Shown here: in pieces, positions 19,701 to 29,669 of the stretch | Layout: every line of letters begins with the position of its first letter | How positions within the stretch are numbered: the stretch's first letter is position 1 | The notes under the pieces: generated by a model | What the model saw: the letters and a program-made list of their open reading frames with translations, nothing else | The model's database searches: none | Told to the model about the DNA's origin: nothing | Source: a virus | DNA length: 64,000 bases | Reading direction: 5' to 3' (one strand) | IMG/VR virus record: IMGVR_UViG_3300025039_000014 | Location: 40,760-104,759 of that record | Position numbers and translations under genes: made by a program

Positions 19701-20345
19701 ATGAGCGACACGAAGACTGCACGAAAGCGAATGTCTCCGAGCCAGTGGGCAGAAGCGCGTGCGATGTGGGCGTCGGGCGAGTTCACGCTGGAACAGATCG
19801 CCGAGAAATACGGCGTCGCCCGCGAAACCCTGTCGCGCCGGTTCGCCAAGGACGGGGTCAAGAAGGGTCAGAGCCAGATCGATCGCAAGGTCGAGCAGGA
19901 GCTGATCGAGAAAGCCGTCCAGGCTGCCGACAAGTGGGCGGAGCGCGGCGAACAAGCCCGCGAATCGTTCTTCAAGATGAACAAGATGGTCGTCGCGCTG
20001 ACCGGCAAGGTCTTGCAAGACGCGATCGCCGGGGGCAAGGGGCTCTACACCGCCCAGGCCGACCTCAAGGCACTCCAGATGACATCGATCATTCTGGAGA
20101 AGACTCGGGCGAATCAGTGGGCCGTCGTGGGTCTCGACAAGGAAACCGACAACGACGACGAAATCCCCCAGCTGCTGGTGCGCACGCTGACCCCGGATCA
20201 GGTCGTCGAACTCCAGCGCATGCAGCATCAGGTAACGCCGGAAGACGAGATCGAGGTCGGCGACGCCGAACCCTACCTCGAAGACATCGATGTTCTCGAT
20301 GACGAAGACGACGATGCGGTTATCGTCGAAGAGGCCGACGACTAA
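19701..20345 (+). CDS. terS: Terminase small subunit (N-terminal HTH)
   Basis: FTLEQIAEKYGVARETLSRR HTH; directly upstream of the large terminase. Confidence 0.75.
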   Translation: MSDTKTARKRMSPSQWAEARAMWASGEFTLEQIAEKYGVARETLSRRFAKDGVKKGQSQIDRKVEQELIEKAVQAADKWAERGEQARESFFKMNKMVVALTGKVLQDAIAGGKGLYTAQADLKALQMTSIILEKTRANQWAVVGLDKETDNDDEIPQLLVRTLTPDQVVELQRMQHQVTPEDEIEVGDAEPYLEDIDVLDDEDDDAVIVEEADD

Positions 20346-21580
20346 TGGCCGCCGTCATCGATCTCAGCCTTCACGACAAGCAGATGGAAGTCTTCTCCGA
20401 CCCGGCGCGATTCAAGGTCGTCGTGGCCGGCCGGCGCTGGGGCAAGTCTCGTCTGTCGCTGACCTCGATGCTGCGCGCCGCCCGGATGCCCCGCTCTCGG
20501 GTCTGGTATATCGCGCCGACCTTCCGCATGGCCAAGCAGATCATGTGGGACGAGCTGCTGGAGATGATCCCCAAGCAGTGGGTCAGGAAGACCAACCACT
20601 CGACCCTTACGGTGGTGCTCAAGAACAAGACCGAAATCTCGCTCAAGGGTGCCGACCGCCCCGATACCCTGCGCGGTGTCGCGCTGAACTACGTGGTCCT
20701 CGACGAATTTCAGGACATGAAGGCCGACGTCTGGGTCAAGGTGCTTCGCCCGACGCTGTCGTCAACCGGCGGACACGCACTGATCATCGGCACCCCGAAG
20801 GCGTTCAACTACCTCTACGAGCTGTGGAAGCTCGGTCAGGATGGCCGCTCGAAGCAGTGGAAGTCCTGGCAGTTCGAAACCGCCTCATCGCCCTTCATCC
20901 CGGCATCCGAAATCGAAGCAGCCCGCGAGGACATGGACCCCAAGTCGTTCGCACAGGAATACCTGGCGAGCTTCGCCACCATGTCGGGCCGAGTCTACTA
21001 CCCGTTCGATCGCATGGAGCATGTCGGCACCTATGCGTTCAACCCCGCCCTGCCGATCTGGGTGGGCCAGGATTTCAACATCGACCCGATGTCCTCGGTG
21101 GTCATGCAGCCGCAGAGCAACGGCGATATCTGGATCGTCGACGAGATGATTTTGCCATCCTCGAATACGGCCGAAGTGTGTGACGAGCTGGAGCGCAAGT
21201 TCTGGCGCTGGCAGTCCAATTTGACGGTTTACCCCGATCCAGCCGGAGGCCAGCGCCAACACGCCCGCGGCGAAACCGATATGGACATCTTTCGGGAACG
21301 CGGCTTCAAGCGGCTCAAATACAAGCGCCGGCACCCGGCGATCGCCGACCGCGTCAACGCGGTCAACTCGATGCTGATGAGTGCATCCGGCCAGGTTCGC
21401 CTGCGCGTGGACGCGAGCTGCCGTCAAACGATCTCGGCCTTCGAACAGACGCTTTACAAGCCAGGCAGTCGGGACATCGACAAGGCCGCCGGTGTGGAGC
21501 ACCCGGCCGATGCGCTGGGCTACTGCATCGACCTCGAACGTCCGGTGCGGAAATTCAAGCCGATGGGCGCTTCTTTCTGA
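20345..21580 (+). CDS. terL: Terminase large subunit
   Basis: AGRRWGKS, YIAPT, LRG, VVLDE, GTP, GQDFN nuclease, HPADAL. Confidence 0.95.
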   Translation: MAAVIDLSLHDKQMEVFSDPARFKVVVAGRRWGKSRLSLTSMLRAARMPRSRVWYIAPTFRMAKQIMWDELLEMIPKQWVRKTNHSTLTVVLKNKTEISLKGADRPDTLRGVALNYVVLDEFQDMKADVWVKVLRPTLSSTGGHALIIGTPKAFNYLYELWKLGQDGRSKQWKSWQFETASSPFIPASEIEAAREDMDPKSFAQEYLASFATMSGRVYYPFDRMEHVGTYAFNPALPIWVGQDFNIDPMSSVVMQPQSNGDIWIVDEMILPSSNTAEVCDELERKFWRWQSNLTVYPDPAGGQRQHARGETDMDIFRERGFKRLKYKRRHPAIADRVNAVNSMLMSASGQVRLRVDASCRQTISAFEQTLYKPGSRDIDKAAGVEHPADALGYCIDLERPVRKFKPMGASF

Positions 21581-21588
21581 CCTATGGA

Positions 21589-21608
21589 GTAAGTAAGTAT
21601 TTACTTAC
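21589..21608. promoter_or_regulatory. Palindromic operator-like motif, copy 6
   Basis: GTAAGTAAGTATTTACTTAC between terL and portal. Confidence 0.85.
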
Positions 21609-21646
21609 TCTCTAATTTATGGTTACATTCCACACTAGGCAAAAGA

Positions 21647-23179
21647 GTGAACCGCATGGATCTCAAGAAACTCGTCAAGCGTCGCCATCCCGAGTTCGCG
21701 GGAAAGCTGACTCACTGGCAGTTCCTCCATGCCACTTATCAGGGTGGACGGGATTGGTTTGACCAACACATCTTCCGCTATCTGAAAGAAGGCGATTGCG
21801 AGTTCAAGGATCGCAAGTCACGCGCCTACCGTTTCAACCACACCCGAGAAATCGTCAACCTGGTCAACAAATACGTCTTTCGCGGTGACATCACCCGCAA
21901 GAAGGACGCTGACAAGGCGATTCTCGACTTCTGGAAACGAACCACTCGCGACGGCATCTGCATCGACGAATTCATGCGTCAGGCAGATATCGAATCCTCG
22001 ATCTACGGTCGCGTCTGGATCGTCGTCGACTCCACCCACAAAGGCGAAGCGGTATCCAAGGCCGACGAGCGTTTGAACGGCTCGAAGACCTACGCCTACG
22101 TGGTGCCACCGACCCACATGCTCGATATGGGCACTGACGATGACGGCCAACTGCTGTGGATGTTGTTCTACGAACCGACCCGAGACGACGATGACCCGTT
22201 TACGTCCTCCGGTGCGATCGAGGACCGCTGGCGTCTCTGGACCCGAACGAGCTGGTCTCTGTATGCCCTGAGTGAAGAGAAAGGGCCGGACGGCGAGCCC
22301 CTGGTCATCGAGATGGATAAGGGCGACAACCACCTGGGCGAAGTGCCGGTGGTGCCGCTCGACGCGATGGTCTGTCATGAGTCGCGCTACTCGTCACCGG
22401 CGCTGATCAATGACATCGCCTACCTGGATCGAGCGGTCGCCAACTACCTCTCGAACCTCGACGCGATCATCCAGGACCAGACGTTTTCGCAGCTGGCGAT
22501 TCCGGCGCAGAACATGATGCCGGGCGACAAGGAATACAACCAGATGGTCGCGATGGGCACCAACCGGGTGTTCGTCTTCGACGGTGGCGAAGGTGGTTCA
22601 GGCCCCTTCTTCCTCTCGCCTGACGTCAAGCAGGCGCATCTGATCCTCGAAGTGGTCAGCAAGATCATCAACGAAATCTACCACTCGGTAGGTGTCGCCG
22701 GTGAGCGGACCAAAGAGGACAACTCGAAGGGTATCGACAACAGCTCTGGCGTCGCCAAAGCCTACGACTTCGAGCGGGTCAACAGCCTGCTTGCATCGAA
22801 GTCGAGCGCCCTGCAACGCGCGGAGAACCGAATTTCCCGACTGGCGGCGATGTATGCCGGAGTCGAGATGGACGCGGATGACCGCGTCGTGGATTACCCG
22901 AAGTCGTATGACGTTCGGGGTCTGACGGATGAATTCGCTGTGGCCGAGCAACTGAGCCTCATCGACGCGCCGGAAACCGTCAGACGCGAGCAGATGCGCT
23001 CGCTGGTCGACAAGCTCTTCCCGAACCTCACGGACGATGTGCGTGCGGCGATCGAGAAGGAACTGGAGAAGTTCCCCGCGTCACCCGAAGCCTTGCCTGG
23101 CATGCCGCCACTTCCGCAGCAGCCGGCACAGCAAGAGGATGACGCCCCTACCCAGCAGGACCAGTGGACCGCCGAGTGA
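21647..23179 (+). CDS. Portal protein
   Basis: 510 aa after terL; GEVPVV, SGVAKAYDF. Confidence 0.85.
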   Translation: MNRMDLKKLVKRRHPEFAGKLTHWQFLHATYQGGRDWFDQHIFRYLKEGDCEFKDRKSRAYRFNHTREIVNLVNKYVFRGDITRKKDADKAILDFWKRTTRDGICIDEFMRQADIESSIYGRVWIVVDSTHKGEAVSKADERLNGSKTYAYVVPPTHMLDMGTDDDGQLLWMLFYEPTRDDDDPFTSSGAIEDRWRLWTRTSWSLYALSEEKGPDGEPLVIEMDKGDNHLGEVPVVPLDAMVCHESRYSSPALINDIAYLDRAVANYLSNLDAIIQDQTFSQLAIPAQNMMPGDKEYNQMVAMGTNRVFVFDGGEGGSGPFFLSPDVKQAHLILEVVSKIINEIYHSVGVAGERTKEDNSKGIDNSSGVAKAYDFERVNSLLASKSSALQRAENRISRLAAMYAGVEMDADDRVVDYPKSYDVRGLTDEFAVAEQLSLIDAPETVRREQMRSLVDKLFPNLTDDVRAAIEKELEKFPASPEALPGMPPLPQQPAQQEDDAPTQQDQWTAE

Positions 23180-23230
23180 CCGGCGCCCACACCACCCGAT
23201 AGGCCAAGAGACCGGCCATAGGAGCTTGAG

Positions 23231-24142
23231 ATGAAGAAGTCGAAGTCGAAGTCGCGATTCTGGTTTGCGCGCTTCAACCAACTGAGCGTTCCCCTGATGG
23301 CCGAAGCCGATGACGGCAGTAACGGCGGTGACGGTGGCGGCGCAGCCGGTGGTAGCGGTGAAAGCAAGCCGAACGAAAAGCCCGATGGCGAAGGCGCTGG
23401 TGATACCGGTGGCGACGACAAAGGCGCTGGAGACGGTGACAAAGGCGGTGACGACAAGGGTGGCGAAGGTAAGCCCTCCGAGTCCGAGGCGAAGCTGCTC
23501 AAAGAGGTCATGACGCGCAAACAGGCGCAGAAAGACTTGGAGAACAAGCTGAAAGCCTTCGGGGAAGTGACCCCGGAACAGGTCAAGGCGCTGCTGGATG
23601 CCGAAGCAACCCGCAAGGCTGCCGAAGCGGATGCGCAGAAGTCCGACCTGGAGAAGCGTGGCGAGTTCGATCGGCTCAAGCAGGTAATGCTCGATGAGCA
23701 CGAGAAGACGGTCGGCACGAAAGATACGCGGATTGGCGAGCTGGAAACGACCAATCAGTCCCTGATCAAGCAGATCGAGGACATGACGGTCGGTGCGAGC
23801 TTCGCGAGTTCGAAGTTTATCGGCGAAGAGATGCTGCTGACCCCGAGCAAGGCTCGTGTGGTTTACGGCACTCACTTCGACGTGAAGGACGGCAAGGTTG
23901 TCGGTTACGACAAACCTGCCGGCGCCCCGGAGCGGACCACGCTGGTGAATGGTCGCGGCGAGCCGCTGAGCTTCGAGGACGCCATGAAGAAACTGGTCGA
24001 GATAGACCCGGAACGCGACAGTCTGCTTCGCAGCAAGTCAAAGCCCGGCTCTGGATCGAATCAGCCCGCGGGCGGGCCAAAGGATGAGAAGGTGTCGAAA
24101 GGCATCGGTCGAATTTCCGCTGGTCTTGCCTCTGAACTGTAG
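23231..24142 (+). CDS. Capsid scaffolding protein
   Basis: Gly/Asp-rich N-terminus, coiled coil, position before the capsid gene. Confidence 0.75.
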   Translation: MKKSKSKSRFWFARFNQLSVPLMAEADDGSNGGDGGGAAGGSGESKPNEKPDGEGAGDTGGDDKGAGDGDKGGDDKGGEGKPSESEAKLLKEVMTRKQAQKDLENKLKAFGEVTPEQVKALLDAEATRKAAEADAQKSDLEKRGEFDRLKQVMLDEHEKTVGTKDTRIGELETTNQSLIKQIEDMTVGASFASSKFIGEEMLLTPSKARVVYGTHFDVKDGKVVGYDKPAGAPERTTLVNGRGEPLSFEDAMKKLVEIDPERDSLLRSKSKPGSGSNQPAGGPKDEKVSKGIGRISAGLASEL

Positions 24143-24165
24143 GGTTTTTCAGAGAGGTCATTGCC

Positions 24166-25056
24166 ATGCCTTTGCTAGTTGAAGAGGCCGCCAAACTGTC
24201 CGAAGCGGACGTCAAACGCGGCATCATCGAAGAGATTATCGACAAGGAAGACCTGCTCGCCGTTCTGCCGTTCGTGCAGACCGCCGGCAAGTCTTACGAC
24301 TACAACCGCGAGAAGACGCTGAGCGAAGCCGAGTTCCTCGATCCGTATGACGCAGTGCCGGAAGGCGGCGCCACGTTCGAAGAAGTCACGACCAAGCTGC
24401 GCATCCTCGCTGGCGACGTCGACATCGACAACTTCCTCGCCGAAACCCAGTCCGATCTGAACGACCAGGTGGCCATTCAGGTTCAGGCAAAGGCCAAGGC
24501 AATCACCCGCAAGTTCCGTCGTCATCTGGTCCAGGGCGACAGCGTTACCGAAGCCAAAGGCTTCGACGGCGTGTTCAAGCTGGTGAACGCCGATCAGCGT
24601 ATCGCCGGTGGCGAGAACGCCATGTCGTTCACGCTGCTCGACGAGCTGCTGGACGCTGTGCCGAACGGTGCCGACGTGCTGTTCATGCACTCCAGCCACA
24701 TTCGTGCCCTGCGTGCGCTTCTGCGTGCGACCGGCGGCCTGGAGCCGGCCCACGTCATGATGCAGAACTTCGGTCGCCCGATGCTGACGCACAACGGCGT
24801 GCCGATCCTGGTCAACGACTTCATGCCGGTGACTGATAACGCTGGCGTCAAGTCCGCGTCCATCATCGCCACCCGCCTGAACGAGTCTGACGGCCTGCAC
24901 GGTCTGTTCGGTGGCACGTCTGCCGGTGTCCGCTTCGAGAAAGTCGGCACCGTCCAGAACAAGGATGCGACTCGCTACCGCGTCAAGTGGTATGCCGGTC
25001 TCGCCCTCAAGTCCACTAAGTCGCTCGCGACTGCGGACGCTGTGAAGCTGAGCTGA
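24166..25056 (+). CDS. Major capsid protein
   Basis: 296 aa; LPF, GDVDIDNF, GFDG; highly biased codon usage. Confidence 0.88.
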   Translation: MPLLVEEAAKLSEADVKRGIIEEIIDKEDLLAVLPFVQTAGKSYDYNREKTLSEAEFLDPYDAVPEGGATFEEVTTKLRILAGDVDIDNFLAETQSDLNDQVAIQVQAKAKAITRKFRRHLVQGDSVTEAKGFDGVFKLVNADQRIAGGENAMSFTLLDELLDAVPNGADVLFMHSSHIRALRALLRATGGLEPAHVMMQNFGRPMLTHNGVPILVNDFMPVTDNAGVKSASIIATRLNESDGLHGLFGGTSAGVRFEKVGTVQNKDATRYRVKWYAGLALKSTKSLATADAVKLS

Positions 25057-25075
25057 TTTTTTTCGGCGACAGCTG

Positions 25076-25095
25076 GTAAGTCATAACTTACTTAC
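25076..25095. promoter_or_regulatory. Palindromic operator-like motif, copy 7
   Basis: GTAAGTCATAACTTACTTAC. Confidence 0.85.
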
Positions 25096-25097
25096 CG

Positions 25098-25131
25098 AAG
25101 GGGCGGATGGGGAAACTCACCGCCCCTTTTT
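25098..25131 (+). terminator. Terminator after the capsid gene
   Basis: AAGGGGCGG...CCGCCCCTTTTT. Confidence 0.7.
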
Positions 25132-25148
25132 ACCATCAGGAGACTGCC

Positions 25149-25679
25149 ATGAAAGTTCGTATCGTCGATAAAGTCCTCGCCGGCTACACCGGCATGCTCT
25201 ATCAGTTCGAATTCCTCGATGGCGTCAACCTCACCGACCTGACAGATGCTCAGGCGGCGATGATCGGCGCTGTCATGCGTGTCGAGAACGTGGAATCCGG
25301 CCAACAGGTCGGTGCAGGCGTCGACGCGATCAATGCTCGGAACGTGACCCTGTCCGACGCCCAGGCCAAGGAGCAGATCACCGCGGATCAGACCGCAGTG
25401 GATAACGCCTCAGTCATCAAATCCCCCAGTGAGATCGACGACGATGCGACCCATGACAGCGTTGTCGTGATCAACGAAGACACACTCGCGGCAACTACTC
25501 CGGTGGTGACGCTGAGCGAACCGACGGCTGCCGAAGTCTGGACGGCCGATTCTCTGGCCGCTGTCGCAGATGCCAAAGGGATTGCCGGTCTTCGCGCCAT
25601 CGCTGAGCCGAAAGGCATCAAGGGTCGCTCGATCAACGAGCTGATCCGCGAAATCCTCGCGGCCCAAGCGGAGAAGTAA
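25149..25679 (+). CDS. Virion-associated hypothetical protein
   Basis: AGGAG RBS, ATG 25149; C-terminal GIAGLRAIA helical motif. Confidence 0.7.
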   Translation: MKVRIVDKVLAGYTGMLYQFEFLDGVNLTDLTDAQAAMIGAVMRVENVESGQQVGAGVDAINARNVTLSDAQAKEQITADQTAVDNASVIKSPSEIDDDATHDSVVVINEDTLAATTPVVTLSEPTAAEVWTADSLAAVADAKGIAGLRAIAEPKGIKGRSINELIREILAAQAEK

Positions 25680-25682
25680 GCC

Positions 25683-26489
25683 ATGATCATCCGTGACGCC
25701 GGCGATGCTATCACCCTGTCCTTGAGCACAGCCGACTTCGGCACCGTCTCCGAGGTCAACTACCGCATCATCAACGCCTCCGGCGTCACGGTGCAGGAAT
25801 CCGTGGCTGCAACTCTCGATGCCCTGTCCCAGATGGCCGTCGTCGAGATTCCGCAGTCTCTGACCGCCCTGCCCGATGACATGGACCGGATGCTGCTGAT
25901 CGTTCGTTTGGACGTCCTGGGTAGCCAGGGCTCGTTCGTTGACGAACACCTGGTCATGGTCCGTCAGCGCAAGACCCTGGTGATTCCGGCCGAGTCCTTT
26001 CAGACGGTCAACGACGCCATCCTGCGCTCGATGGACATCATCGACATCGACAACTGGCATACAGCCGACGCGGACGCCCGCCGTCTCGCGCTGATCGAAG
26101 CCGGTGCCCGCCTCAAGCGGATTCGCTACCTGGTCTTTGGCGATCGCACCTACGTGCCGATGAACCGGATCACGATCTATCCCGACCTGACCGATGACGA
26201 TGATGACTTCGGCGCACATCTGTTCGAATACATGAATCGAGACCAGTTCCTCGCCCTGCCCCGTTCGTTCCTGCGCGATCTCTACCGCGCCCAGATCATG
26301 GAAGCCGACGTGATCCTGGGACCGGAGACCGCCGAGCAGAAACGTCTGTCCGGGATCATGTCCGATACCGTCGGCGAGACCTCGCAGATGTTCCGCACTG
26401 GTCGCCCGGTCGAGCTGCCGGTTTCCAAGCGGGCATTCCGTGAGATCTGCCGCTGGATCGACAACGTCTGGAGAATTGGTCGTGGATGA
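25683..26489 (+). CDS. Head-tail connector/adaptor-like protein
   Basis: Position; C-terminal GIMSDTVGETS. Confidence 0.65.
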   Translation: MIIRDAGDAITLSLSTADFGTVSEVNYRIINASGVTVQESVAATLDALSQMAVVEIPQSLTALPDDMDRMLLIVRLDVLGSQGSFVDEHLVMVRQRKTLVIPAESFQTVNDAILRSMDIIDIDNWHTADADARRLALIEAGARLKRIRYLVFGDRTYVPMNRITIYPDLTDDDDDFGAHLFEYMNRDQFLALPRSFLRDLYRAQIMEADVILGPETAEQKRLSGIMSDTVGETSQMFRTGRPVELPVSKRAFREICRWIDNVWRIGRG

Positions 26490-27189
26490 TCGCCTGGCGC
26501 TGCACGACAGCTATGCCGAGCAGGCGCGGCAGTTGGAGCAGCACTTCGCGTTCACCGTCACCGGCGTCAAGGAGACGGCTGTGCAACGGGCTCGCCTCAT
26601 GGGTGGGCTCGCTCGCATGATCGACGACGTGCAAAGCGGCCTGAACCTGGCGGCGGACATGCGTCGCAAGGGCTATCGCCAGCTGGTCGACGAGATCACG
26701 TCCAGCTCTCCACGGACAGGCGCCTATTTTGCAGGCAGCTCCTATTCACACGACTTCGACGGGTATTTCAGCTTCGCGGCTGAACTGGCCACGACCCGGC
26801 TTGAGCAGGACGTGAGCAACCGGATCGCGCAAGTCATGCGTGACATTCGTCAAATCGCGCTGATGTCTCGCTCCATGCGCGACAACAGACGCTGGGATCA
26901 ATCCGCAGCGCTCCTACGAGCGCGTGAGAGCGTCGAAAATCGTCTTTCCATATCAGCGGATAGACGCGGACGCGAACAGCGCACAGAGCGCTTTTCTGCG
27001 CTGCTGGTGCGAGGTCTGTCCGTGGGAATGATGGTTGACTCGACAGTGCTGCACGGGGCGACCGATCGCTACAAGCTGTTCAGCTACGACGCCGATGACC
27101 TGGGTGAACTGACTGCCGCCGAGTTCCAGGAGCGCCGGGAAGAGATTTTCCATCCACAGAGCCGTCGATTTCTTGTGCCCATATCGTAA
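26482..27189 (+). CDS. Head morphogenesis-like hypothetical protein
   Basis: ORF 26440..27189, probable GTG start; C-terminal IFHPQSR. Confidence 0.55.
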   Translation: MDDRLALHDSYAEQARQLEQHFAFTVTGVKETAVQRARLMGGLARMIDDVQSGLNLAADMRRKGYRQLVDEITSSSPRTGAYFAGSSYSHDFDGYFSFAAELATTRLEQDVSNRIAQVMRDIRQIALMSRSMRDNRRWDQSAALLRARESVENRLSISADRRGREQRTERFSALLVRGLSVGMMVDSTVLHGATDRYKLFSYDADDLGELTAAEFQERREEIFHPQSRRFLVPIS

Positions 27190-27205
27190 GTAAGTGCTTA
27201 CTTAC
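27186..27205. promoter_or_regulatory. Palindromic operator-like motif, copy 8
   Basis: GTAAGTAAGTGCTTACTTAC followed by TAGAAT at 27220. Confidence 0.85.
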
Positions 27206-27223
27206 AAGGTCTCAGAGGGTAGA

Positions 27224-27586
27224 ATGACCATGTTTCGAGCCAACACGATGTGTCAGTTGCAGGCGAGAGCGGGTTTCGACGAATACGGCGATCCGCAGTT
27301 TGGTCCGTCAAAACGAATCAAGTGCTCCGTGGTTCGTCTGGCTAGATCGAGCGCTCCCTCTTCGGTTCGAGCGGACAGCTCAGGGTCACGCGGCAAGGCG
27401 GATCAGATGGAGTCCGACGCCGTTATCCTGATGCCGCCTTCCTGGGAGCCCTCGATGGGGGCAAAGGTCGCGATCCTCGGGATGACCCTCGAGATCGTCG
27501 GTATGCATCCGCGGCTCAACATCATGGGGCGCCTGGATCACTACGAGGTGAGTCTGAACGCATGGCCATCAGCGTCAAGGGCATAG
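27224..27586 (+). CDS. Head-tail joining (stopper-like) protein
   Basis: DEYGDP motif; position. Confidence 0.65.
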   Translation: MTMFRANTMCQLQARAGFDEYGDPQFGPSKRIKCSVVRLARSSAPSSVRADSSGSRGKADQMESDAVILMPPSWEPSMGAKVAILGMTLEIVGMHPRLNIMGRLDHYEVSLNAWPSASRA

Positions 27587-28044
27587 GCACTCTCAATCGG
27601 CGTCTGGAGACAATCTCCGAGCGCACCGATCGCGAACTATCCCTGCTGCTCAAGAAGGCGGCCATGGAGATGAAGCACCGCGTCGAGCAACAGACGCACC
27701 GCGACACCGGCGCGCTGGAGTCGGCGATTCGTCTCAAGGAGACGCGAACTGGCATCAACGGTCGGCGTGCCTACGAGGTTTTCGTCGATCCCGAAAAGCG
27801 CCGTAGGGTAAAGCGCAAGGGTTCCTGGTCTCGCCAGCGTGTCGCGACCTACGCCCGGCGTCTCGAGAATGGAGACTGGGGCGATAAGCTCGGGCCTCGC
27901 TCTCGCGCCAAGAACAATGAGATCGCTGGCAGTGGCATGCGAGTGGGACCAGGGTTTTTCTCGCGTAGCGCAGCCTACGTCTACGACCGGTATATCGGCC
28001 AGATGCGCCGAGCTGTGAAGCGCATAACGCGCAGGAGGCGGTGA
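27562..28044 (+). CDS. HK97 gp10-like neck / tail-completion protein
   Basis: DTGALESAI, YARRLE, PGFFSR. Confidence 0.7.
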   Translation: MAISVKGIGTLNRRLETISERTDRELSLLLKKAAMEMKHRVEQQTHRDTGALESAIRLKETRTGINGRRAYEVFVDPEKRRRVKRKGSWSRQRVATYARRLENGDWGDKLGPRSRAKNNEIAGSGMRVGPGFFSRSAAYVYDRYIGQMRRAVKRITRRRR

Positions 28045-28418
28045 TGATCGCGATGGCAATTGCCAACCGGCTGCGCGGCGTGATCGACGACGCCCCGGTC
28101 CACTTCAACTTCATTCCGGCGGATGAGCAGATCGCCATCATGGTCGATTCGCCAATCCCCGGATTCGAGCTCGATCCCGAACTACCGGGCTACTTCAACG
28201 ATATGTTCGAGGTCGTGATTCGGCACACCACAGCGCGTCATGGGCTGGAACTGTGCCGACAGGCCGTCGACAAGCTGGTCATCACAAACCAGCGGTTCGG
28301 CGATTATCACTTCAACTTCATCCGTGCGATCACCGAGCCCGCGGTATACCCAACGGCCAAAAGTGGACTCCGAGAGTTCGCGGTTCGCTTCGAGTTCAGT
28401 TGTTACCAAGCCATCTGA
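28041..28418 (+). CDS. Tail terminator-like protein
   Basis: Size and position before the tail tube gene. Confidence 0.6.
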   Translation: MMIAMAIANRLRGVIDDAPVHFNFIPADEQIAIMVDSPIPGFELDPELPGYFNDMFEVVIRHTTARHGLELCRQAVDKLVITNQRFGDYHFNFIRAITEPAVYPTAKSGLREFAVRFEFSCYQAI

Positions 28419-28433
28419 CACAGGAGAGACACA

Positions 28434-28913
28434 ATGGCTCGCGAAAACATCAAACTGGGTGCGTGCAATGTCACGTTCAAAGACACTGCGTTGGGTCTGA
28501 CCAAGGGTGGCGTCGAGGTCGCAGTCGAAACCACCACTTACGAAGTCAACGTCGATCAGCACGGTGATGCGGCCGTTGACGAGTGGATCACCAAGCGTGC
28601 ATTCACCGTCACAGTGCCGCTGGCCGAAACCACACTGGAACTACTCGGCCTGGCCCTGCCCGGCTCAACCGTCATTGCCGGGCAACTGGTCGTCAAGAAT
28701 GCGGTCGGTCTGTCTCTCATCGACGGCGCCGGCGAGCTTTCGCTGATGCCGCAGAACGGCACCGCCGATGACAAGGTGGTCTTTCCGAAGGCGAACACCG
28801 CCGGCAACTTCTCGTTCGCGTATCGCCACAACGAAGAGCGCGTCTACTCGGTGGAATTCAAGGTCTACCCGGATGACGAGCAGGTGTTGGCCATGTTCGG
28901 CACTGCTGTATGA
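28434..28913 (+). CDS. Major tail (tube) protein
   Basis: IKLGAC...LGLTKGGVEV...VDQHG...VPLAETT. Confidence 0.8.
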   Translation: MARENIKLGACNVTFKDTALGLTKGGVEVAVETTTYEVNVDQHGDAAVDEWITKRAFTVTVPLAETTLELLGLALPGSTVIAGQLVVKNAVGLSLIDGAGELSLMPQNGTADDKVVFPKANTAGNFSFAYRHNEERVYSVEFKVYPDDEQVLAMFGTAV

Positions 28914-28927
28914 TTTGAGGCTAGACA

Positions 28928-28947
28928 GTAAGTCAGCACTTACTTAC
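28928..28947. promoter_or_regulatory. Palindromic operator-like motif, copy 9
   Basis: GTAAGTCAGCACTTACTTAC. Confidence 0.85.
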
Positions 28948-28951
28948 TATT

Positions 28952-28975
28952 AGGGGCCTGAGATGGCCCCTTTTT
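28952..28975 (+). terminator. Terminator after the tail tube gene
   Basis: AGGGGCC-tgagat-GGCCCCTTTTT. Confidence 0.7.
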
Positions 28976-28995
28976 CGTTCCCCGGAGCAACACCC

Positions 28996-29337
28996 ATGGA
29001 AATCCTCAACCTCGACGAAATGAGCAATGTGGTGAAGCAGTTCACCTACAAAGGCGAGACCTACGACATCTGCGAGATCAGCCTGGACGGCTTCATCGAG
29101 ATGACGACAGCTCAGAAAGACGCAGAGGCGAAGGAAGCCGCCGGGGAGATGACCCAGAAAGACCTGATCGTGTCCTACCGCGACATGATCAAACGGATGA
29201 TTCCGGCGATCACCAACGAGACGCTGGGCTCGATGTCGATGCGTCAGCTCAAGACCCTGATGGATTTCATCAACACCGGCGAGATCGACCAGGACATCAT
29301 CGAGCAGGCCAAAGCCGAAGCTGACGCAAAAAAGTAA
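28996..29337 (+). CDS. Tail assembly chaperone (gpG-like)
   Basis: Between the tail tube and tape measure genes; ends GCA AAA AAG TAA. Confidence 0.8.
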   Translation: MEILNLDEMSNVVKQFTYKGETYDICEISLDGFIEMTTAQKDAEAKEAAGEMTQKDLIVSYRDMIKRMIPAITNETLGSMSMRQLKTLMDFINTGEIDQDIIEQAKAEADAKK

Positions 29338-29669
29338 GCGGGTCAGATGAGCCGGAAATCGAGGCGATAGACCTCGGTTTTTACCTGTCCCGCGTGATGC
29401 GGTTCTACGCCATGAACTACAGGGAAGTCCTCGCGCTTCCCTTGCACACGTTCTGGATGCTGAACCGAAATGTTTCCCGAATCCAAGCCGAAGAAGACCT
29501 TCGCGCATTCCGCCTCCTGGTAGCTGCACAGCATGGGGAAGGTGCCGCCGAGACGTTCCGTGATCTCCAGACAGAGATCGGCACGCCGGTCGTCACTGTT
29601 GCCCGCATGCAAACCGGTGCGATCCAGCGCCTAAAGCAGTTGGCGGGAGCAGGGAATGAACGACGATGA
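29328..29669 (+). CDS. Tail assembly chaperone extension (gpT-like) reached by -1 frameshift
   Basis: Slippery A AAA AAG at 29328-29334; the -1 frame is open (KVSGSDEPEIEAIDLGFYLSRVMRFY...) to 29669. Confidence 0.8.
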   Translation, partial: KKVSGSDEPEIEAIDLGFYLSRVMRFYAMNYREVLALPLHTFWMLNRNVSRIQAEEDLRAFRLLVAAQHGEGAAETFRDLQTEIGTPVVTVARMQTGAIQRLKQLAGAGNERR

